Shown piece after piece: positions 1-10,180 of a stretch of DNA of 64,000 nucleotides. The notes below the pieces were generated by a model. It was not told where the DNA came from and made no database searches. It saw nothing but the letters and a program-made list of their open reading frames with translations. Origin of the DNA: a virus (Duplodnaviria; Caudoviricetes); IMG/VR virus record IMGVR_UViG_3300001528_000259, positions 1-64,000 of that record. One strand, 5' to 3'. Within the stretch, counting starts at the first letter, position 1. Every line of letters starts with the position of its first letter. The position numbers were made by a program, and so were the translations under genes.

Positions 1-2
1 AG

Positions 3-500
3 AATATAGAACAGTTTCATAAGGCTCTAACTCAAGATGGAAGAGTTTATATGGGAAGAGGGGCAGACGCAGACATTGATTATGAAGATGGAGACAATTG
101 TGCCTTTATTGATGGGTGTTGTAAATGGAGTATCCGTTCTGCATTGATCGATAATGCTGTCTCAATGAGAACAGAGCCTGATATATGGTATTTTGGAGAT
201 GGCGTAAGTAGTAAAGATTTTGAGTTTATTACCTTATTTGAGGCATGTAAGAGATGGAACCTTGTAATGGAAGTGTATTCCGAAGAAAGCGGATGTTGTT
301 TCCAAGAGCACTTTATCTGTGATAAAGGCGAAGTCATTTGCAATGATTGTATCGAGTGGAACGAATATTGCATAGACGACTATGACACAAAAGAAGAAGC
401 TGAGAAAGATTTTGGTATTGTAATATTAGATAACGAATGGAATAGTGGCGATGCATTTATTAGTCGTGGTGGATTTGAAAATTGGGACTTTGAAATTTAA
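3..500 (+). CDS. Hypothetical phage protein, 5'-partial
   Basis: Frame is open from the window start to TAA at 498-500. Confidence 0.7.
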   Translation, partial: NIEQFHKALTQDGRVYMGRGADADIDYEDGDNCAFIDGCCKWSIRSALIDNAVSMRTEPDIWYFGDGVSSKDFEFITLFEACKRWNLVMEVYSEESGCCFQEHFICDKGEVICNDCIEWNEYCIDDYDTKEEAEKDFGIVILDNEWNSGDAFISRGGFENWDFEI

Positions 501-515
501 AGGAGGAATATAAAA

Positions 516-1118
516 ATGGGACAAAGATTGGTTATAACACTTGAAAAAAATAATGAGGCAATAGCGGCGATTTATTATCATTGGTCAGCGTACACTAACA
601 GTGCGCTGTATGAAACAAAAAAGGTAATTGATTGCATCTACAATCATAAAGATGAAACGCAGGCAGAAATGTTACTGCGTTTAATCAAACATCTCGAAGA
701 GAACGGAGGAGGAATCAGAGGGGGAAACGAAGAGTTTGACTATATCAAGTCTCTATATCCGAATGAACAGTTTAAAACAAAAGATTATAGTCGAAACGAT
801 GGTATTATTGCTTTGAGCAAAAATGGAATCGTCGATCTGCAAGGTTGGAGCGAAGGTAATGTGTTCATTAATCTTGATGAAGGTACAGTAGACTTCTGTG
901 TATATTCAGGATATGAAAATCTTGATGAGTACCTTGAAGAAAGAAAAGAGTGGGATGATGAATTTGACGAGGAAGAATTTAAAAACATTCCGAAACTGGA
1001 TTGCTGTCTTGGATACTTTGATGTAGACGAAATTGATTATGTAATGGCACAGCTTGACAGTGTCGGCAATTGTGGGGTTGTTCAGTGCGGTAATGAAATT
1101 TGTGAATTAATTGATTAA
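516..1118 (+). CDS. Hypothetical phage protein (MGxR...YxH family)
   Basis: AGGAGG RBS; N-terminal pattern shared with the next gene. Confidence 0.8.
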   Translation: MGQRLVITLEKNNEAIAAIYYHWSAYTNSALYETKKVIDCIYNHKDETQAEMLLRLIKHLEENGGGIRGGNEEFDYIKSLYPNEQFKTKDYSRNDGIIALSKNGIVDLQGWSEGNVFINLDEGTVDFCVYSGYENLDEYLEERKEWDDEFDEEEFKNIPKLDCCLGYFDVDEIDYVMAQLDSVGNCGVVQCGNEICELID

Positions 1119-1130
1119 AGGAGAATAATT

Positions 1131-1703
1131 ATGGGAACACGTGGACTTTATGGATTTAGAAAGAATGGGATAGACAAAACCACTTATAATCATTATGATA
1201 GCTATCCCGATTATCTCGGAGCAATGATAGTAAAGTTTTGTAAAGAAACATCTATCGAAGAGATGAATGAGATCTTCGATAGAATTGTACTGGTTGATGA
1301 AGATAGCAAGCCTACTAAACAGCAGATTGCTGAATGTATGGACTATTATGATAGTGACGTAAGCAAGCAAACGCCCGAAGATTGGTATTGTCTGCTTAGA
1401 GAAGCACAGGGAGCGCCCGACGCTTATAAAAATGGACTTAAGTATATGATTGACAATCATGATTTTATCAAAAATAGCCTGTTCTGTGAATATGCATATA
1501 TCATAGACCTCGACACAAATATACTTGAGTTTTATGTCGGATTTCAGACAGTTCCGACAATTCTTAACAGATACGGCACAGAGAAAGACGGCAATTATTA
1601 TCCTTGTAAAATGGTTTCGTTCTATCCGATTGATCCTGAATGCATGAGCAAATATTCCGTACAAGATTATGTTGATGATATGAATAAGAAAAGCGGTGAG
1701 TAA
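1131..1703 (+). CDS. Hypothetical phage protein (YNHYDSYP motif)
   Basis: AGGAG RBS, 190 aa ORF. Confidence 0.8.
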   Translation: MGTRGLYGFRKNGIDKTTYNHYDSYPDYLGAMIVKFCKETSIEEMNEIFDRIVLVDEDSKPTKQQIAECMDYYDSDVSKQTPEDWYCLLREAQGAPDAYKNGLKYMIDNHDFIKNSLFCEYAYIIDLDTNILEFYVGFQTVPTILNRYGTEKDGNYYPCKMVSFYPIDPECMSKYSVQDYVDDMNKKSGE

Positions 1704-1705
1704 AT

Positions 1706-1956
1706 ATGACAGATAAATTACTCGAAGAAATGTTCAAAATGTCAAGATAACTACATTAGTTGAGGTATTTTCAACATACAAGAAGGCTAAAGATAGGTTT
1801 GATTCTATTGTGACTGACGAAAAAGAAAACGATCATCTTTTTGAGAAAGATAACGTCGTTGTGGATGATTTTGACGATTATTTCTGTGTTTATGAAGATG
1901 ATTTTTATTGTGAAGATCATTTCATTGCAAAGATTACCGAGAAAGAGGTGCAGTAA
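1706..1956 (+). pseudogene. Broken gene: 14-codon head MTDKLLEEMFKMSR* joined out of frame to a start-less acidic ORF tail
   Basis: ATG 1706, TAA 1748-1750; -1 frame open 1717-1956 with no ATG start. Confidence 0.5.
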
Positions 1957-1957
1957 G

Positions 1958-2320
1958 ATGACAAGAAATAAACTACTTGCCATAGATATTTACGAATGGT
2001 GCAAGAAGCACGACCTGTGGGGAGATAATATTATTTATTTTGATGGCAAAGCATGGTCAAATATGAAGACGTGGGGAGGGATCGAAGGCAAGAAGATTGC
2101 TGATGATTTGTATGAATATAGCGATAAGAATCCAAGAGACTATTTCGAAGGCGGTAGTTCGTTGTGTTCGCTTTCGTTCGAAGGGTCGCTAAATCGTGTT
2201 TTGAATGGCCATGTGAGTGGATGGGTCAAACTTTCGGACCAGTTTTATAAACTCTTTGAGAAATATGGATTATATTTCGAAATGTACAACTCATGGAATG
2301 GAAATGCATATTTAATCTAA
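1958..2320 (+). CDS. Hypothetical protein
   Basis: GAGGTG RBS before ATG 1958. Confidence 0.75.
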   Translation: MTRNKLLAIDIYEWCKKHDLWGDNIIYFDGKAWSNMKTWGGIEGKKIADDLYEYSDKNPRDYFEGGSSLCSLSFEGSLNRVLNGHVSGWVKLSDQFYKLFEKYGLYFEMYNSWNGNAYLI

Positions 2321-2333
2321 GGAGGACGTTGAA

Positions 2334-3086
2334 ATGTCGAAACTGGATAATTTAACAGGACGCAAGTTTGGTTTGTTGACGGTAATTAAAAGAGTTGAGG
2401 ATTATATCAGTCCAAAAGGAGCTCATTCTACACAGTGGTTATGTGAATGCTCATGTGTTGATAAAAATAGAATTATTGCAACATCGAGCAATTTGAAAAA
2501 AGGCAACACTCAATCATGTGGGTGTCTACAAAAAGAAAGAGCAAAACAGGCGTCTCAGGAAAACCGCAAACACAACATTTACGATCTTTCAGGGGATTAT
2601 GGAATAGGATGGACGTCAAATACAAACGAAGAGTTTTATTTTGACTTAGAAGATTACGATAAGATTAAAGATTATTGTTGGTATGTGCGTATTACAAATA
2701 ACACCAAGAGCAATAGGAGGAAATATAAGTGTTTAGAAACATGGAAAAATAATAAGGCGCTCAGATTTACTGATTTAATTGGTTGTAAATGGTACGACCA
2801 TATCAACAGAAATTCATTAGACAATAGAAAAGAAAATTTGAGACCATGCGATCAAAATAGTAACACTAAAAATCATTCTTTGTATTCAACAAATACAAGC
2901 GGTGTTGCGGGGGTATGTTTTTCTCATAACAAATGGTGTTCATATATTTATGTTGATGGTAAACAAATTCGGCTTGGATGTCTTGAAGATAAAACCGAAG
3001 CTATTAAAACAAGATTAATAGCGGAAAAAGAATATTTTGGTGAATTTGCACCACAGCAACATTTATTTGAAGAATATGAAATTTAA
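2334..3086 (+). mobile_element. Free-standing HNH homing endonuclease with AP2-like C-terminus
   Basis: WLCECSC and SCGC, DHINRNSLDNRKENL HNH motif, AEKEYFGEF tail. Confidence 0.85.
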
Positions 3087-3099
3087 GGAGGGGGTTTAT

Positions 3100-3396
3100 A
3101 TGAAAAATTACACATTTGGTTGGAGACTTAAGGAGCAGGGTTGGACAGAAGTTCCAGAAGAGCGGTATACCGATAGACAAATCGATATGAAGAAGTATAT
3201 CGATGTATTGTCTGCGGCAGTTAAACAAGCCAAGTGCGGATGGGACGGTGTCAGATATGCAGTGATGAAGTATACTGATGATTCCATTGAAAAATTTATG
3301 GTGCTTTGGGTGAACGGCGGTGGAAGTCGTTGGATTCCTATTACGGGCAATAGCAAGGGCTGTTGCTTGAGCGTGCTTGGCGAAAATTTGTGGTAA
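3100..3396 (+). CDS. Hypothetical protein
   Basis: RBS plus ORF in a packed gene run. Confidence 0.7.
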   Translation: MKNYTFGWRLKEQGWTEVPEERYTDRQIDMKKYIDVLSAAVKQAKCGWDGVRYAVMKYTDDSIEKFMVLWVNGGGSRWIPITGNSKGCCLSVLGENLW

Positions 3397-3409
3397 GGAG
3401 ATTAATAAT

Positions 3410-3958
3410 ATGACAAAGCAAGAACTTGCAAAAGAAATTAAATCAGCAGTTGAATGGCTCATTAAAGAGGATTGCGGCTGTTCTACAATTAAACTTGATA
3501 ACAGACTTGCCGTCTGTGTTGGATGGTCTGATGGGTATGATGAAAACGATGAGATGGTAATTCACTCAAAAGAAAGTCCGACATTCTGTATCAATGCAGG
3601 AATTAAAGTGTGGACAAGCGACGATTTAAGAACCGACTTTGATTGGATTAACAGTCCGTATCATGAAGATGGCGAAGTATGGGATGATGATCAATCTATT
3701 TCACCAAATGAGGACTATAAAGAACTTGCAGAATTTTATCTGAAAGAGTACCAAACATTGTCCGGAATGACAATCGCAAAAGACGGAAGAATATTGCGAG
3801 AGCATCTGTGGGTGTGCGAACATTGTCTGTACGGTATTGAATCGCACGAAGGTCGTCAGGCAACGCTTGAACATGATGTTGATGAGACAGATGAGGACGA
3901 ATCAAGATGTGACTGGTGCGAAGAAACTGGATTTTGTGAATTATATGAACTGATTTAA
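3410..3958 (+). CDS. Hypothetical protein with C-terminal CxxC...CxxC
   Basis: RBS; CEHC and CDWC motifs. Confidence 0.7.
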   Translation: MTKQELAKEIKSAVEWLIKEDCGCSTIKLDNRLAVCVGWSDGYDENDEMVIHSKESPTFCINAGIKVWTSDDLRTDFDWINSPYHEDGEVWDDDQSISPNEDYKELAEFYLKEYQTLSGMTIAKDGRILREHLWVCEHCLYGIESHEGRQATLEHDVDETDEDESRCDWCEETGFCELYELI

Positions 3959-3972
3959 GGAGGAGTATTAAT

Positions 3973-4497
3973 ATGAAAAAGAACATCATTTGGAGTAACA
4001 CGAATCTCGATATCGAGGACTGGAGGGATGATTATAAAGAATATCTAGAATACAATGGTTTTGATGAGCGCCACGATAATGACGATGACTTGTATAGATG
4101 GATGGTGGAAACGAATGACGAGTATTTTAATAATGAGCAATGTAATTTAAACGTTTCAACAAGTGGAAGAATTATTGCAATTGCAGATCTTGGTTTTTGG
4201 AATGGAAGAGCCGTTGGGTATAAGCTGCTTGATCATAATGTTAACGATTGTTTGCAGTTTGAAAAAGATTGTGATTATGCGGAGTTTTTCTGTGATAGAT
4301 ATGATTTGAAGAGTAAACAGCATCATCACGATGGAAGTCACTATATTACATATCGTGAGTTTAAGCCAGAAATTACATCAGATCAAGCAGATAACTTCTG
4401 TTGGAAATTGTATAGCGGTAAGGCGACGCAGAAAGACATTACAAGATATACTCGTTCGTTGAAACCATATGTGACGGAAGTTTATGGATGGAGGTAA
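3973..4497 (+). CDS. Hypothetical phage protein
   Basis: AGGAGG RBS; DLGFWNG and HHDG motifs. Confidence 0.75.
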   Translation: MKKNIIWSNTNLDIEDWRDDYKEYLEYNGFDERHDNDDDLYRWMVETNDEYFNNEQCNLNVSTSGRIIAIADLGFWNGRAVGYKLLDHNVNDCLQFEKDCDYAEFFCDRYDLKSKQHHHDGSHYITYREFKPEITSDQADNFCWKLYSGKATQKDITRYTRSLKPYVTEVYGWR

Positions 4498-4502
4498 TTA
4501 AA

Positions 4503-4799
4503 ATGGAACGCAAACCGAATTATTTTGCAAGAATTAGAATGGTCAAAGCGATGGAGGAGATTATACGAAATCTTAATGACGAAGGAGAAATTGAACGTTG
4601 GTTGATATATGGCGTTGCTGATGGAGATATCTCCGAGAACACACCAGACGAAGATCTAATGTTTTATGTTGAGAATGATGAGAGATTCGCAGACTTGATG
4701 AATACGTTTGCAAAGATTATGAAGTCTGCATGTAAAACAGTTAAAGGCACGTTTTATTGTGACTATGTATGCAGTCACGAAGAAACAATGGAGGATTAA
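4503..4799 (+). CDS. Hypothetical protein
   Basis: GGAGGT RBS. Confidence 0.7.
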   Translation: MERKPNYFARIRMVKAMEEIIRNLNDEGEIERWLIYGVADGDISENTPDEDLMFYVENDERFADLMNTFAKIMKSACKTVKGTFYCDYVCSHEETMED

Positions 4800-4802
4800 A
4801 CA

Positions 4803-5081
4803 ATGACAAGGTCTGAATTTTTTAAGAAACTGAATGGTATCATCGCAAAACATCCGATGATTGCAAAGAGCAACCCAATATCGTTAAATGAATTCGTCTA
4901 CGTACTTCGTATGGAAGATGAAGATTATAGCATTAGTGATAACGTCGGTGGTTGCATTCCTTCCGTTAAGGAAACGTTTGTACCAACCAAATGGCTTGCA
5001 AAAAAAATTAAAGCTATTGATTGGGACGAAGATGTAAACAATGAGTCAGATACGAACGTAATCTTTATTGAGTATAAGTAA
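4803..5081 (+). CDS. Hypothetical protein
   Basis: GGAGG RBS. Confidence 0.7.
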   Translation: MTRSEFFKKLNGIIAKHPMIAKSNPISLNEFVYVLRMEDEDYSISDNVGGCIPSVKETFVPTKWLAKKIKAIDWDEDVNNESDTNVIFIEYK

Positions 5082-5127
5082 TAAAACAAAATTAAACAAT
5101 ACAAATTGATTGGAGGAGATAATTATT

Positions 5128-5526
5128 ATGACACAGAGAAACATTGACGCAATGGATATTATCGTTAGCAAGATGGCAGAGGGCGCAAAACTTTCTAAGG
5201 CGCTAAAGCTGGTATATAACAAAAGAAGTGTTAACATTCCTTATAATGATAAGAATAGCGATGTTGATTTAAGAGATTTAAAGATGACAAGTAGAACTAC
5301 GAACGCTTTACTAAGAGCTGGACTGCGAACAATTGAAGACGTTATTCAGTTCTGCTGTGAAAACGAGATTACAAAGATTAAAAACCTTGGTATTTCTTCA
5401 GGCGTAGAGACGTTCGAAACAATTCTTGATTATTGTTGGGAATACATGAACGAAGACGAGAAAACGAGGTTCTTAATTGATACTGTTGAAAGAAATAGCG
5501 AGAATATTCGCGAAGAAATTATGTAA
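5128..5526 (+). CDS. RNA polymerase alpha C-terminal-domain-like protein
   Basis: LRDLKMTSRTTNALLRAGLRTIEDV...KIKNLGISS matches the alpha-CTD signature. Confidence 0.75.
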   Translation: MTQRNIDAMDIIVSKMAEGAKLSKALKLVYNKRSVNIPYNDKNSDVDLRDLKMTSRTTNALLRAGLRTIEDVIQFCCENEITKIKNLGISSGVETFETILDYCWEYMNEDEKTRFLIDTVERNSENIREEIM

Positions 5527-5531
5527 GAACA

Positions 5532-5759
5532 ATGGCGATAATAACAAACTGCAACGCATATATCGGCGGTAAATATTCTGTTTATTGCAGAACAAAAAGC
5601 GGCAAAGGCTTTTACACCGTATGCGACACGGAACAAGAAGCCCGCAGTTTTGGGAATGAACAATGGAAAAAGCCGTATATCGTTAGCGTTCGCATAATAA
5701 AAATGAGGTTTTATAAAAAACGCAGAAATTCACTTCTTATAGCCGAAGCGAGTAAATAA
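5532..5759 (+). CDS. Hypothetical protein
   Basis: ORF in a packed run. Confidence 0.55.
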   Translation: MAIITNCNAYIGGKYSVYCRTKSGKGFYTVCDTEQEARSFGNEQWKKPYIVSVRIIKMRFYKKRRNSLLIAEASK

Positions 5760-5813
5760 AACAAACGCCGAGCGGGGGCGGCAAATCCCCCGCAGAAAGT
5801 TGAGGTATGAATC

Positions 5814-6317
5814 ATGAATACTTATGTAGAAAGTAAAAAAGCATTGGACAAAATCAGAGCAGACTTCGGTTGCAAGGGTGATGTTATCTTCCGTACTGCA
5901 ATTCAGGAAGTTATTAGTCGTGGGCAGACAACATTTTTGGATGATGGCGTTTATGAAGATATGTTGAATGATATTGACGCGAATCACGATTACGCAGAAG
6001 CAAAAGGCAAAATATTATTTGTGACAAGAGATTTTGAAAAAGCAATTGTTGAATGTGCACGAGAGCTTGCGGCAATTAATATTTATGACTTAATTATTTA
6101 TATGCAAAAAGAAGTGTATTGGTCAGACGAAGGAGGAATTGATTATGGAAGGCTCTATCAGATCGCAGGAGATGTTATGGAATGGATAGTAAGTGGTAGC
6201 TCCGATTCAGGCGAAGATTATAAGATATTTAGTGAATATTGTAATATTAATGACGACGAGCTTGAGGAACTTGGGTTTGGTTATATGGTTTCAGAGGAGG
6301 ACAAGGAAAATGACTAA
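5814..6317 (+). CDS. Hypothetical protein
   Basis: GAGGT RBS. Confidence 0.7.
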   Translation: MNTYVESKKALDKIRADFGCKGDVIFRTAIQEVISRGQTTFLDDGVYEDMLNDIDANHDYAEAKGKILFVTRDFEKAIVECARELAAINIYDLIIYMQKEVYWSDEGGIDYGRLYQIAGDVMEWIVSGSSDSGEDYKIFSEYCNINDDELEELGFGYMVSEEDKEND

Positions 6318-6528
6318 AACAGAACTTAAGAAAATTATGGATCAACATTGTATTTTAGAGTGTGAACTCGAAGATGTATTTGAATTTGTATCTGATCTTT
6401 TGTATGCATGCAGAAAAGAACTTAAGAAGAATGAACCGTATGCGACTAAAACAATTGATAGATTAGAAAATGCAGAACATGAGGTCTGGGATTTAATTGA
6501 TTATGTAAATGAATTGGAGGAAGAATAA
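6310..6528 (+). CDS. Hypothetical protein
   Basis: RBS, overlaps the upstream stop. Confidence 0.65.
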   Translation: MTKTELKKIMDQHCILECELEDVFEFVSDLLYACRKELKKNEPYATKTIDRLENAEHEVWDLIDYVNELEEE

Positions 6529-6875
6529 TGTATCAAATGATGACGGCAAAAGAAGCTATTGATTTATTATTTACAATTAAAAGAGAAAATACATTGGATT
6601 TTACATTCGACGATCTTGATAAAGATCCAGATTGTGATCCGAGTGGATGGTATGGAATGAAATTGACAAAAATATTTGACGAAGATGACTATGTGTTTGC
6701 CGTTGGATATTATGGCGGAGGTTCTACTGAGGTATATGATATTTACGGAATGGTTGACAATTCTGATAACGAAGAGTACGTTAAGGAATTTTGCACGAAT
6801 AAGATTCAGGAGTTCATGAATACATGGAGTGGTTCGTTTAAACCATGCAAAAAGATATGCGTAGAAGTTCAATAA
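6528..6875 (+). CDS. Hypothetical protein
   Basis: TAATG translational coupling. Confidence 0.7.
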   Translation: MYQMMTAKEAIDLLFTIKRENTLDFTFDDLDKDPDCDPSGWYGMKLTKIFDEDDYVFAVGYYGGGSTEVYDIYGMVDNSDNEEYVKEFCTNKIQEFMNTWSGSFKPCKKICVEVQ

Positions 6876-6892
6876 TTAATGGAGAAAAAATA

Positions 6893-7123
6893 ATGCATAA
6901 AACAGTATATGATTTAACGAAAGACGAGTTAAGCGAATTGAAAGAAAGTTATTTTTATCAGTTGTTAGATAATGATGATGAAGTGCTTTGGGCTTTAAAC
7001 AATCCTAATTTACAGGATATTGAAAACGTTATGTCTCCAGAACAAATTCCAGATAGTGTTATTTTTGAGCATTACACAGGAATTTCTTTTGTTGATGATG
7101 ATTTTTTCTGTAATCAGCAATAA
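6893..7123 (+). CDS. Hypothetical protein
   Basis: GGAG RBS. Confidence 0.65.
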   Translation: MHKTVYDLTKDELSELKESYFYQLLDNDDEVLWALNNPNLQDIENVMSPEQIPDSVIFEHYTGISFVDDDFFCNQQ

Positions 7124-7175
7124 CATTAACAATACAAAATGATTAAAATATGATATAATGAAGGAGAAAAGTAAA

Positions 7176-7862
7176 ATGGGAAAGAGAACGAATTATACAT
7201 TTACAAAAGAAGAGAAAATAGCAAAAATTGAGGATTTTGCGTTACGCAGTAATGAAATTTGTGCAAATAATAATAATAGAAAACTTGGTAAGGCATGTAT
7301 TTCTATTCCGTTTCCTGTAACTGTTTGTAATCCCAACGCGCCATGTTTTAAAAAATGTTATGCACAGCATGGTTGTCAGAGTTTTGCAAATGTACAGGGA
7401 GCTTATTATAGAAATCTGAGACTGTATAACAACAGCGCAGATGATTTCTTTGAGCAGTTGTATTATAAGATTAAATTTAGTGGGCTTCCGATGGTAAGAT
7501 TTTTTGACAGCGGCGATTTTGTTGACATGGAGTTTGTAAAGAGAAGTGTTGATCTTGCAAAGAAGTTTCCGAATGTTAAGTTTATGGCTTATACAAAGAA
7601 ATATGATTTAATTAACGAATACATGGATAATGGTGGTGAGTTTCCTGATAATTACAACATCTTTTTCTCTGCATGGGATAGACTTTGGGAGGTGCCGAAT
7701 AAATATTCTCTTCCTGTTGCGTATGTAAAATTCAAAGAAGAAAGAATGACCCCTGACATTCCCAAAAACGCATTTCATTGCCCAGGAAGAGAAAGTAATT
7801 GTTCTGCTTGTGGGGCTTGTTGGAATAAGAAGATCAAGGCGGTGTATTTTGATGAACATTAA
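7176..7862 (+). CDS. Cys-rich phage protein, Gp88-like (radical-SAM-like fold possible)
   Basis: CNPNAPCFKKCYA, RFFDSGDF, AYTK, C-terminal CP...CSACGAC. Confidence 0.55.
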   Translation: MGKRTNYTFTKEEKIAKIEDFALRSNEICANNNNRKLGKACISIPFPVTVCNPNAPCFKKCYAQHGCQSFANVQGAYYRNLRLYNNSADDFFEQLYYKIKFSGLPMVRFFDSGDFVDMEFVKRSVDLAKKFPNVKFMAYTKKYDLINEYMDNGGEFPDNYNIFFSAWDRLWEVPNKYSLPVAYVKFKEERMTPDIPKNAFHCPGRESNCSACGACWNKKIKAVYFDEH

Positions 7863-7940
7863 AAAAAGAAACAAGAAATCTTAATAATACCCACTAAACA
7901 ACATTAAACAAATCAAAATGATTGAGGGGAGAAAAGTAAA

Positions 7941-8189
7941 ATGAAAATAATTAGAGACGGAAAAGAATTTGAATTAACAGAACAGGAGCTTTTTGATGCG
8001 TATCGTGAAATGGAATATAGATACGATATGGAAGATCTCGAAAATGTTTGCGAAGTGAACGAGTACAATTTGACGGACAGCGAAAAGGAAGTGATCGTTG
8101 AAAGATATCGCGACAAATTTGAGTCTGAAGATTGGTTTGGTCAGCTTGCATATTGGTGTGAAAAAATTATTAGGGAAAGGAAGTGCTAA
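7941..8189 (+). CDS. Hypothetical protein
   Basis: RBS plus ORF. Confidence 0.65.
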   Translation: MKIIRDGKEFELTEQELFDAYREMEYRYDMEDLENVCEVNEYNLTDSEKEVIVERYRDKFESEDWFGQLAYWCEKIIRERKC

Positions 8190-8192
8190 AAG

Positions 8193-8495
8193 ATGAGTAA
8201 AGTATATGGATATTGTAGATTGGCGTTAGCCGATAATAATGAGATTGCGGAACAGATGAGATTGGTTGAAAAGTATTGTGAAAATAATAATCTTAAGCTG
8301 GATGGTTATTTTTGTGATAACGGATGCAACGGGTTCAAAACAGGAGAAGAGTTTACGAATCTACTTGGAGAGTTAAAGCGAGGCGATACAGTAATTATTA
8401 GAGATATTTCAAGATTGTCAAGAGACGTTTATAAATGTATGAATCTTATGGACACATTTGAGAATATGGGCGTTACATTAGAAATGATTAATTAG
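8193..8495 (+). CDS. Stand-alone serine recombinase catalytic-domain protein, catalytic Ser absent
   Basis: VYGYCRLA, FCDNG, GDTVIIRDISRLSR; 100 aa. Confidence 0.75.
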   Translation: MSKVYGYCRLALADNNEIAEQMRLVEKYCENNNLKLDGYFCDNGCNGFKTGEEFTNLLGELKRGDTVIIRDISRLSRDVYKCMNLMDTFENMGVTLEMIN

Positions 8496-8515
8496 GAAAA
8501 TGAAGGAAGAATGCT

Positions 8516-9076
8516 ATGGAGGCACAGATAATAAATAGAGATACAACCACAGGGAGATTTGTATCGCAACAAAATGTATATGATCTTAGTGGGGAATATG
8601 GAATAGGGTATACATTAAAAGGAGACCCTTTTTGGTTTGATTTGGAAGATTATGATTTAATAAAAGATTACTGTTGGCATTATACACAAAAGGGATACTT
8701 AGAGGCAACAAATACAGAAACAAAGAAAAGGATAAAGTTGCACAGATTAGTTATGGGGGTTACAGATCCAAAAGTTCAAGTAGACCATAAAAAACATCCA
8801 ACTATTTATGAACACAAAGTTGATAATAGAAAGTCTAATTTAGAAATAGTAAATCAATCACAAAATAGCATGAATCGTTCTTTGGCTAAAAATAATAGTA
8901 GTGGTGTAGTGGGTGTTTCGTGGAATAAATTAGAACAAAAATGGAAGGTTTATATTAAAATAAATCAACAAATGATTAATCTTGGAACATTTAGTGACAA
9001 AGAAGATGCTATTATAGCAAGAAAAAATGCAGAACTTAAATATTTTGGTGAATATAGATACGATGCAAATAATTAA
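8516..9076 (+). mobile_element. HNH/AP2 homing endonuclease
   Basis: LHRLVMG...VDH...DNRKSNL; AELKYFGEY tail. Confidence 0.85.
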
Positions 9077-9101
9077 TAATTTAAATTAGGAGGAATTTTA
9101 T

Positions 9102-9617
9102 ATGAAAATTATGACTGGATACAAACTTTTCGAGATGAGAGACGACAACAAATTATTTCCCTTGTTTATAGGTAAAACAAAAGAAACTCCAATGAATGAA
9201 TGGGTTAAGGCAGAAAGAATTCCTACCAAGGGGTTTGCGCCCCGTTGTGGTTGGCATATTGGAAAAGATTTGCCATCTGCCGTACATCTTATGAGTCATG
9301 ATGGAACATATAAATCTCAGCGAGGAAAGAGATTTAGAAGAGTATGGTGTGAGGTTGAATATGTAGCAGATGTTGATTATACAGATATTGTAGGACAGCT
9401 TCCAAAGAAATGTTTTACAGATAGATTGCCTGATGATGGATTCTATAATTTTAAAGAGAGTGGCGACCGACTGTGGGTGATTGCTGATCGTATTAAAATT
9501 ACAAGAATTATCAGCGAGGAAGAAAGAATGGAGATTTTAAATAAGATGAATTATGATGAACAAGAAGCATTTGAGCCTTATAAAAAAGCAATGGCTAAAC
9601 GAATGAAAACTGCATAA
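9102..9617 (+). CDS. Hypothetical phage protein
   Basis: AGGAGG RBS, 171 aa. Confidence 0.8.
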   Translation: MKIMTGYKLFEMRDDNKLFPLFIGKTKETPMNEWVKAERIPTKGFAPRCGWHIGKDLPSAVHLMSHDGTYKSQRGKRFRRVWCEVEYVADVDYTDIVGQLPKKCFTDRLPDDGFYNFKESGDRLWVIADRIKITRIISEEERMEILNKMNYDEQEAFEPYKKAMAKRMKTA

Positions 9618-9635
9618 TAAAGGGGGGTATTGGTT

Positions 9636-9890
9636 ATGAATAAAATTGATTGGTTTATAGAAATTGCGAATAGATTAAGAGACTATTCGGAAGGAGATGT
9701 TTGGAGTACAGGAGATGAGATCCTGTGTAAGACAGAAAGTGCCGCAGATGCTTTGGCTGATATGTTTGAAACTCTGTATAAAGTGCAAGGAGAAGATGTC
9801 CTTGTCAACACAGGATATTATGACCCAGTTGAAGATGAAAGAAATGGGGAAGTTGATAGATATACCGGTTGGTGGTATGTAAATATTTAA
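9636..9890 (+). CDS. Hypothetical protein
   Basis: RBS plus ORF. Confidence 0.7.
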   Translation: MNKIDWFIEIANRLRDYSEGDVWSTGDEILCKTESAADALADMFETLYKVQGEDVLVNTGYYDPVEDERNGEVDRYTGWWYVNI

Positions 9891-9906
9891 TAAAGGAGAT
9901 GATAAT

Positions 9907-10170
9907 ATGGTAGATTTGCTTGGTAGATGGCACGAAGAAGAAGATTATTCCACATATCCAAAAGAAAAATGGTGCGATTATGATTATATGGCAGATTGGA
10001 TTCGAAGAAACAATTATACTCCACAGACCACAATGGAAAATTTAATAGATATGATTTTCTTAAATTATGAAGGAGAATGTGAAGACCAAAATAAAGAGTT
10101 TGATATAAAAGATTGTATGGAATTTGTAATGGCAAGTGGCGGAATTAAAATGTTTGATTATGAAGTATGA
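9907..10170 (+). CDS. Hypothetical protein
   Basis: AGGAG RBS. Confidence 0.7.
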   Translation: MVDLLGRWHEEEDYSTYPKEKWCDYDYMADWIRRNNYTPQTTMENLIDMIFLNYEGECEDQNKEFDIKDCMEFVMASGGIKMFDYEV

Positions 10171-10180
10171 GGAGGTTATT

